Virus record (IMG/VR): IMGVR_UViG_3300017758_000050
Location: 1 to 33,990 of that record
DNA: 33,990 nt
Direction: 5' to 3' (one strand)
Origin: a virus
Lineage: Duplodnaviria; Caudoviricetes
Part shown: in pieces, positions 28,025 to 33,990 of the stretch
Numbering within the stretch: the first letter of the stretch is position 1
Layout of the letters: every line of letters starts with the position of its first letter
Notes under the pieces: model-generated
The model's database searches: none
What the model was told of the DNA's origin: nothing
Seen by the model: only the letters and a program-made list of their open reading frames with translations
Translations under genes and position numbers: made by a program

Positions 28025-28032
28025 TGTATAAT
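28004..28032 (+). promoter_or_regulatory. Sigma70-type (early-like) promoter
   Basis: TTGCAA (28004-28009), 17-nt spacer, TATAAT (28027-28032); GAGG RBS follows. Confidence 0.7.
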
Positions 28033-28050
28033 GAAGAGAGGTAACAAATA

Positions 28051-28611
28051 ATGAATGCACTGATATATACAGAAGATTGTAAACTTATAATAAGAAAACC
28101 CAACGGATTGGAATGGGAATACGAGAATACCGATAAACCCGATTTAGGATTTGACTTTGACGTTCTTATCTATCAAGATATAGAAGTAAAGGTACTTAAG
28201 TGGGAAGAAGGAAAGTCTTTCGAAGAACAAGAAAAAACTGCTTTGGAGGGTTCCGATAAAGATTCAATTGAATTGTATATTGAAAATGCAGAACCACCTT
28301 TAGGATACAGTTTAAATAAACAGTTTATCAGACAATTAGAAGAAATAACTCTTGACTATGTAGTTCAAACTTCACAACAATATGGTATGTATGATTTAAT
28401 GTATGCAACTATTGCTGGGAGAGAGGGTTCAAATCACCCTAGACGTTCAGATGCAAGAAGAGCATTGGAATATTTTGATGCAGTTTGGAGTGTATTCGAA
28501 TCGGTTTCAAGAGAAATATCAGAAACTAGAGAAGATACTCTAAAAAGTTTTGACGAATATTTAGCCTCTATCCCTAATCCTTCAGTAACACCCGACTCAA
28601 GAACAGGTTAA
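28051..28611 (+). CDS. Hypothetical protein resembling tail-fibre-associated/assembly proteins
   Basis: C-terminal half pattern (YG.YD....A.....HP....A......DAVW.....FDEYLASIP) resembles proteins encoded next to fibre genes; recognised by eye only. Confidence 0.45.
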   Translation: MNALIYTEDCKLIIRKPNGLEWEYENTDKPDLGFDFDVLIYQDIEVKVLKWEEGKSFEEQEKTALEGSDKDSIELYIENAEPPLGYSLNKQFIRQLEEITLDYVVQTSQQYGMYDLMYATIAGREGSNHPRRSDARRALEYFDAVWSVFESVSREISETREDTLKSFDEYLASIPNPSVTPDSRTG

Positions 28612-28614
28612 TGT

Positions 28615-29334
28615 ATGGAACTCATTTATCATAATGAGTCCTTTAAGTTAAAAGACGTAGGATTCCCACTTAAAGATATTCATATTATTGATAATTGGTT
28701 ACCTCATGAATTACACTATTGGATTGATGAAGCATTTTCTAGAAGTAGAATATGGGTCAAGTGCAATCAAGTAACTGGTAATTCAAAAACAGGATTACCA
28801 CACCACCAATTTTGGGGTGCTGGTCTTTATGACTTACATTCATATCCTAATTTTGCAGACGATATCCAAGCAGATGATTTATTTAAATGTAGAGCAGCTG
28901 CTGAATACCTAGATAGAAGATTACAAACAGACTTTGGTTTTATGTGGGAGAGGTTTCAATATATGGGATTGAATTCACAAACACAAGGATTGCATGGAAC
29001 AACACATGCAGATTGTATGCAAGAAGACGAATGGAATTTATCTTTCCTATATTATACAAATAAGATATGGGAAAAACATTGGGGAGGCCCATTGAGAATC
29101 TATGATAAAATGCAACAAGGATTACATGGTCGTGCAAATCATATAAAGAATCACCAAATTGCAGAGATAGAATTTAAACCAAATAGATTGGTTGTGTTTG
29201 ACGGAAGAATACCACATGGTGCAGATGCACCCGATGAAAAGGCACGTTACATGGATAGAAAATCAATAGTGATAAGAGGTGACGAAATTAGACTAGTAGA
29301 ACAAAGGGAGTTTTTTAAACAATGCCCACAATAG
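28615..29334 (+). CDS. 2OG-Fe(II) oxygenase, prolyl 4-hydroxylase-like
   Basis: H-x-D (THAD), LYY.N..W...WGG.L, FKPNRLVVFDG.IPH, distal Arg (RKSIV). Confidence 0.85.
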   Translation: MELIYHNESFKLKDVGFPLKDIHIIDNWLPHELHYWIDEAFSRSRIWVKCNQVTGNSKTGLPHHQFWGAGLYDLHSYPNFADDIQADDLFKCRAAAEYLDRRLQTDFGFMWERFQYMGLNSQTQGLHGTTHADCMQEDEWNLSFLYYTNKIWEKHWGGPLRIYDKMQQGLHGRANHIKNHQIAEIEFKPNRLVVFDGRIPHGADAPDEKARYMDRKSIVIRGDEIRLVEQREFFKQCPQ

Positions 29335-30221
29335 AATTCAACACATATAATGAAGAAACACTAAGAGACTTTAAACCAGTTCTTGCAAAATCTGTTTCAC
29401 CCGAATGGTGGAAAAACATGAAGTTTTCTGAATACAATAGAGGTGTAATACAGACAACTATTCGTGCATGTCCTTCTATGGACGATTGGTTAAAGACTGG
29501 TTGGTATCTTTGTGCAAATAGAGATATGATTGTTAAGAATGGACATGGTGTTGATGACAATGATGACGATTCTATAAAAATGTCAACTCATGAGTTTGGT
29601 ACGGGACATGAAATGGCCTCACCAGCACACCCAGCTGCACAAATGGGACATGCATTTCAATATCTACATGATGACGAAGCACCAGTAAGAGGTGCATTTA
29701 AAATGAGAAATCCTTGGAACATAACAACACCGCCTGGATATTCTTGTCTTTATCTAGACCCATTCTTATTTCAAAACAAATTCTTTGCAACATGGCAAGG
29801 TATTATTGATACAGATAAATTCAATGCAAACTATGATAATGCACAAATAATATTCTATCCTCGTGTAGGACATTCCTTTGTTATACCAAAAGGAACACCA
29901 CTATGTCAAATAGTTCCTTATAAAAGAGAAGAATGGCATGCTACATATCTTGCATATCCTTCAAACGATTGGATTAAGAATAGAAGTGAATACACTACTA
30001 ATCGTGTAGGTACTAAAACTATGGACGAGTTTGCAAGAGACCCAGCAACCTCAGACGAAACTAGAGGTCAAGAAATGGCAGTTGGTGGTTATCGTGTCGG
30101 TGGAATGCATGCTAATAAAGGCCCACTATATAAACAAGAGAATCCACCACCCGAGTGTCCTTATCATGTGAGTGAGGATTCACCCGAAATACAATTGGAG
30201 TTAGACTTAGAAAATGATTAG
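29322..30221 (+). CDS. Conserved phage hypothetical protein (DUF6065-like) often next to 2OG oxygenases
   Basis: TI.ACP...D.L..G, NPW.I.TPPGYSCL, GIIDTD, I.KGTPL.QI.PYKRE.W pattern. Confidence 0.55.
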   Translation: MPTIEFNTYNEETLRDFKPVLAKSVSPEWWKNMKFSEYNRGVIQTTIRACPSMDDWLKTGWYLCANRDMIVKNGHGVDDNDDDSIKMSTHEFGTGHEMASPAHPAAQMGHAFQYLHDDEAPVRGAFKMRNPWNITTPPGYSCLYLDPFLFQNKFFATWQGIIDTDKFNANYDNAQIIFYPRVGHSFVIPKGTPLCQIVPYKREEWHATYLAYPSNDWIKNRSEYTTNRVGTKTMDEFARDPATSDETRGQEMAVGGYRVGGMHANKGPLYKQENPPPECPYHVSEDSPEIQLELDLEND

Positions 30222-30927
30222 ATTATTATTCCCGTATGTCTGTATTGAAAGAAACCTTTTAGAAGATGGTGCAATCAATGAAGACTATATTAAACTTCTC
30301 AAAGACTCTATGGACGGAATGAGAAAGAAAGACCCAGTCGGTAGAAATGTATCAAACCAATATACTGGTTGGCAATCAGACGATGGTTGTGAGAGTCACC
30401 CAGCATTTGCAAAGATAATAAGACTAATTAAAGACACTTTCAATAAAGAACTTTTGGATTGGACTGGACATGATATTACAAAACTTCAAATAACAATGGG
30501 TAATTCATGGGCAAACATAAACGATAATACAGCATGGAATGCTCCACACTTACACAATGGTTGTTGGTATAGTGGTGTATTCTATATCCATGCAGACGGA
30601 GACGAAGGTCAATTCATGGCAATCGATACTGCACCAAAGGTAGTGTCAGACTTCCCACATTCACCAAGAGAACAACAGTCATTCAGAATGGCACCTACAA
30701 CTGGTAAATTGTTTTTATTTCCAAGTGCCTTAATGCATATGGTTGAACCAAATCTTACAGATAAGGATAGATATAGTATTTCATTCAACATGAACGTATC
30801 TTATTTGGGAGATAGAACCTCTGCATTCGGAGACCCTAAAGGTTATCACCCCGATGAACTTACCTTTACTACTGATGAAAACGGAACTTTAATTCATTTA
30901 TTCCCAAAAACAGACATTAACAACTAA
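30214..30927 (+). CDS. Putative 2OG-Fe(II) oxygenase, TIGR02466-like
   Basis: SWANIN...N.PHLH....SGVFYI; G.L.LFPS.L.H.V.PN.....R.SISFN. Confidence 0.85.
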   Translation: MIRLLFPYVCIERNLLEDGAINEDYIKLLKDSMDGMRKKDPVGRNVSNQYTGWQSDDGCESHPAFAKIIRLIKDTFNKELLDWTGHDITKLQITMGNSWANINDNTAWNAPHLHNGCWYSGVFYIHADGDEGQFMAIDTAPKVVSDFPHSPREQQSFRMAPTTGKLFLFPSALMHMVEPNLTDKDRYSISFNMNVSYLGDRTSAFGDPKGYHPDELTFTTDENGTLIHLFPKTDINN

Positions 30928-30935
30928 CTGGTTTT

Positions 30936-30943
30936 CATAAATA
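30936..30943 (+). promoter_or_regulatory. Late promoter variant CATAAATA
   Basis: 5 nt before the ATG at 30949. Confidence 0.7.
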
Positions 30944-30948
30944 ATGGT

Positions 30949-31209
30949 ATGGAAATAGTCGTATCACCTTATATCTTATGGAATGTCATAATGACAGTTA
31001 TAATCTTACCCATAGGTTTCTTAGTTAGAAATGTTCTATCAGAACAAAAAAGAATTGATATCTTAGTCAATAAAACACGTGAAGAGATTGCAAGAGATTA
31101 TGCAACAAGAGAACAGATTGAGGCAGATTTTCAAAGGATTATGGACTCAATTAACAACATAGATTCGAAGATAGACAGACTACAAAACAAAACCTATTTC
31201 CAAGATTAA
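30949..31209 (+). CDS. Small single-TM, coiled-coil protein
   Basis: Hydrophobic ILWNVIMTVIILPIGFLV followed by heptad-rich charged C-terminus. Confidence 0.65.
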   Translation: MEIVVSPYILWNVIMTVIILPIGFLVRNVLSEQKRIDILVNKTREEIARDYATREQIEADFQRIMDSINNIDSKIDRLQNKTYFQD

Positions 31210-31215
31210 AATCGT

Positions 31216-31223
31216 TATAAATA
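31216..31223 (+). promoter_or_regulatory. T4-type late promoter TATAAATA
   Basis: Exact consensus upstream of gp13. Confidence 0.85.
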
Positions 31224-31245
31224 GTAGTATAACAGGAATACTACT

Positions 31246-32061
31246 ATGGCAGAACCAAATTCAAAAGCAACCTTTAAAGAGTATATAAAAAGAAAACTTG
31301 GAGCTCCAGTTCTAGAAATCAACGTGGACGATGACCAATTTGACGATAGAATAGACGAGGCACTTCAATATTTCCGTGAATATCACTACGATGGTTCTAT
31401 AAAGACGTTTTTAAAACACCAAATTACTCAAACAGAGATTGATTCATTTAAATCGAATGAAACCCATAACGCTGCGACAACTGGAACACAAGCAATCGCA
31501 AATCAGACATATGGAGAAGGTCAAAACTACCTAACACTACCCGAACATGTGTTAAGTGTAATCAATATTTTTCCTTTCAATTCGGGTCAGACTTCAAGTA
31601 TGTTTGATATTCAGTATCAATTAAGATTAAACGATTTATGGGATTTAACTTCAACGAGTGTTTTATATTACTCACAAGTACAGTCTCATTTATCTATGTT
31701 AAACGACATATTGGTGGGTCAGATACCTATAAGATATAATATGCATTCTAACAGACTCTACATGGACTACAGTGCAAGTAAATTAAGTGCTGGGGAATAT
31801 ATCATTATAGAGTGTTATAGAAAGTTAGACCCTACAGATATGACAGATATTTTCAATGATATGTGGTTGAAGAAATATGCAACTGCATTAGTTAAGTATC
31901 AATGGGGTGAAAACTTATCGAAGTTTTCGGGTATTGCACTTCCAGGCGGGGTAACACTTGATGGTTCTGCAATGAAACAAGAAGCACAAGAAGAGATAAC
32001 AAAATTAGAAGAAGAATCTAGACTGAATTATGAAATGCCAGTCATGGATATGATGGGGTAA
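31246..32061 (+). CDS. gp13: Neck protein gp13
   Basis: LGAPVLEINVDDDQ..DRIDEALQYF.EYHYDG; WLKKYATAL.K.QWG.NLSKF.G..LPGGVTLDG. Confidence 0.95.
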   Translation: MAEPNSKATFKEYIKRKLGAPVLEINVDDDQFDDRIDEALQYFREYHYDGSIKTFLKHQITQTEIDSFKSNETHNAATTGTQAIANQTYGEGQNYLTLPEHVLSVINIFPFNSGQTSSMFDIQYQLRLNDLWDLTSTSVLYYSQVQSHLSMLNDILVGQIPIRYNMHSNRLYMDYSASKLSAGEYIIIECYRKLDPTDMTDIFNDMWLKKYATALVKYQWGENLSKFSGIALPGGVTLDGSAMKQEAQEEITKLEEESRLNYEMPVMDMMG

Positions 32062-32065
32062 TTGA

Positions 32066-32908
32066 ATGCCTACAAATGTATTTTTTAATCATGCAGTAAA
32101 TACTGAACAACACCTATATGAGGATTTGGTTGTTGAGTCACTTAGAATGTATGGTCATGAAACTTATTATCTACCAAGAGAGATTGTAGAAGAGGATTCT
32201 ATACTTGGAGAAGACGTACAATCAACTTTTGGTGATGCATATTCAGTTGAAATGTACTTAGAAAATACAGAAGGTTTCGAAGGAGAAGGAGACCTCATGT
32301 CCAAGTTTGGTGTCCAAGTACGAGACCAAGCAACTTTTGTATTATCATTAAGAAGTTGGGAAAGATTCATATCATTAGATTCAAACCTTGCAACTTCACT
32401 CAGACCCAACGAAGGAGATTTAATTTATTTCCCTTTAAGTGGTTCAATGTTTGAAATCAAATTCGTAGAACACGAAGACCCATTCTATCAAGTAGGTAAA
32501 CTATTTGTATTTAAATTACAATGTGAATTATTTGAATACAGTGGAGAAGATTTCGATACTGGTACAGGTGCAGACCTAATAGAACTAGACCAAGCATATT
32601 CATTAGGATTAACAATGAATTCTTCTACTGCATATACTATAGGTGAAAATATAACTAAGGACGGAGTTGTTGTTGGTGAGGTTCAAACGTCACTAGGTAA
32701 TGCAACAACAATTATTCATAATACTGCAACACTTACAGTCGGTGATACACTTGTTGGTGTAGATTCGGGTGTATCTGATACAATTGCAGCTATCAATGAC
32801 GTATTGACTATGAATAACGATGGTTCTGCACAGAACTTAGACTTTGAAACAAAAGCAGATGGATACTTAGACTTCTCAGAAACAAACCCATTTGGTGAGG
32901 TTACATAG
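32066..32908 (+). CDS. gp14: Neck protein gp14
   Basis: EQ.LYEDL..ES...YG...YYLPR; SKFG; RPNEGDLIYFP; PFYQ.GK; LDFSETNPFG. Confidence 0.95.
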   Translation: MPTNVFFNHAVNTEQHLYEDLVVESLRMYGHETYYLPREIVEEDSILGEDVQSTFGDAYSVEMYLENTEGFEGEGDLMSKFGVQVRDQATFVLSLRSWERFISLDSNLATSLRPNEGDLIYFPLSGSMFEIKFVEHEDPFYQVGKLFVFKLQCELFEYSGEDFDTGTGADLIELDQAYSLGLTMNSSTAYTIGENITKDGVVVGEVQTSLGNATTIIHNTATLTVGDTLVGVDSGVSDTIAAINDVLTMNNDGSAQNLDFETKADGYLDFSETNPFGEVT

Positions 32909-33945
32909 TGTTTGGAACCCATTTTTACAATGAGACAATTAAGAGAAGTGTGTCTATCTTTGGAACACTGTTTAATAATATAACTCTCAAGAAAACAAAA
33001 GAAGACGGAACTGTATTAAGTATTTCTAAGGTTCCTATATCATATGGGCCGAAACAAAAGTTCCTTGCAAGATTACAAGAAGAAGCAGACTTAAATGATA
33101 ACAACAGAAGTGCTATTTCATTACCAAGAATGGCATTCCAACTTAATGGTTTTGAATATGACCCTTCAAGACAACAAAACAAATTGATACGTCATTCAAA
33201 ATCTGAATTAGATACAGATAATGTAAAACGTTCATATCAATATAATCCAGCACCATACAATTTAAACTTTACACTTAGTATTCTTGCAAAGAATATGAAC
33301 GATGCATTACAAATCGTAGAACAAATTTTACCATATTTCCAACCCGAATATACTGTTACAATGAAAATGATTGACAGTATGTCAGACACTAGAGACGTTC
33401 CAATAACTTTGACTAGTGTATCAATGGAAGATACATACGAAGGTTCGTATGAAGAAAGACGTGTTATAGAATACACATTAGAGTTTCAAATGAAATTATA
33501 CTTCTTCGGCCCCGTTTACACTGGAAGTGTTATTAAGAATGTTATTGAAAGAGAATACATTAACACTGGTAGTGCAAACTTCACAACTTCAGAAATTGCA
33601 GAATCAGGTTTGATTAAAGAGGTTAAACACTATGAACCTGCTTTTGCAGAAATACCAAATGTGGTGTCCAACTCCACAACAATCACCTTTCCAACTGCAA
33701 TAAATACAAAGATAAGTGCAAATGACGAAGTATTTGGAACAGGAAATGCAACCAATCCAACAGTAGTTTCAGTTGCAACTGATAAACTATCTATGGTAGT
33801 TTCGGGTGCAGTGACTATAGAAGCGAACACTACACTTAAATTTGTAGGTTCTGTTGACCCAGCAGATACATTCGTAGTTGCAGAAACAGTGACATTTTAT
33901 GATGATGGTGCTAAAGAAAGTTTTAGTGAAACCAATGACAGTTAA
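32908..33945 (+). CDS. gp15: Tail sheath stabilizer/terminator gp15
   Basis: GTG start with GAGG RBS; FGTLFNNI, VPISYGPKQKFLARL, LPRMAF, QIVEQILPYFQP. Confidence 0.95.
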   Translation: MFGTHFYNETIKRSVSIFGTLFNNITLKKTKEDGTVLSISKVPISYGPKQKFLARLQEEADLNDNNRSAISLPRMAFQLNGFEYDPSRQQNKLIRHSKSELDTDNVKRSYQYNPAPYNLNFTLSILAKNMNDALQIVEQILPYFQPEYTVTMKMIDSMSDTRDVPITLTSVSMEDTYEGSYEERRVIEYTLEFQMKLYFFGPVYTGSVIKNVIEREYINTGSANFTTSEIAESGLIKEVKHYEPAFAEIPNVVSNSTTITFPTAINTKISANDEVFGTGNATNPTVVSVATDKLSMVVSGAVTIEANTTLKFVGSVDPADTFVVAETVTFYDDGAKESFSETNDS

Positions 33946-33947
33946 TT

Positions 33948-33990
33948 ATGACAAAAGAACCAATAGACGATAAGTTAAACTCTCTCTTAG
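33948..33990 (+). CDS. gp16: Probable terminase small subunit gp16, N-terminus (3' truncated)
   Basis: ATG 2 nt after the gp15 stop, open to window end (MTKEPIDDKLNSLL); assignment rests on T4 gene order only. Confidence 0.5.
   Translation, partial: MTKEPIDDKLNSLL

Noticed and set aside
38-33830. Numerous minus-strand ORFs (e.g. 14631-15404, 5770-6324, 13326-13847, 24185-24721)
   Set aside because: All lie antisense to well-supported + strand genes, have no recognisable motifs, and are expected shadows of codon bias
1-33990. tRNAs, introns, inteins, homing endonucleases, stop-codon recoding
   Set aside because: Intergenic gaps are short with no cloverleaf; core genes are uninterrupted in the standard code and end at TAA or TAG where expected

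Overview
AT-rich, gene-dense window with every credible gene on the + strand. It is the virion structural module of a T4-like myovirus of the marine type. Gene order is gp5 (3' part), gp25, gp6, a small fibre-like protein, a gp7-like wedge, gp8, a 2226-aa VrlC-like protein, about 11 kb of modular tail-fibre genes, an accessory enzyme cassette (glycosyltransferase, probable fibre chaperone, two 2OG-Fe(II) oxygenases, one conserved hypothetical), then gp13, gp14, gp15 and the start of gp16. T4-type late promoters (TATAAATA and NNTAAATA variants), two UUCG-loop terminators and one sigma70-type promoter are visible. Best candidates for new biology: (1) three Gln/Pro/Tyr/Arg-rich 'PFTY' repeat proteins placed behind fibre genes with a shared C-terminal motif and next to hydroxylase/glycosyltransferase genes, possibly a post-translationally modified adhesin system; (2) a 5' leader with three hairpins sharing an AGUGA loop; (3) several late genes that appear to be leaderless; (4) a repeated set of terminal motifs suggesting a chained or branched fibre. 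All assignments come from motif recognition by eye; no database searches or folding calculations were run.
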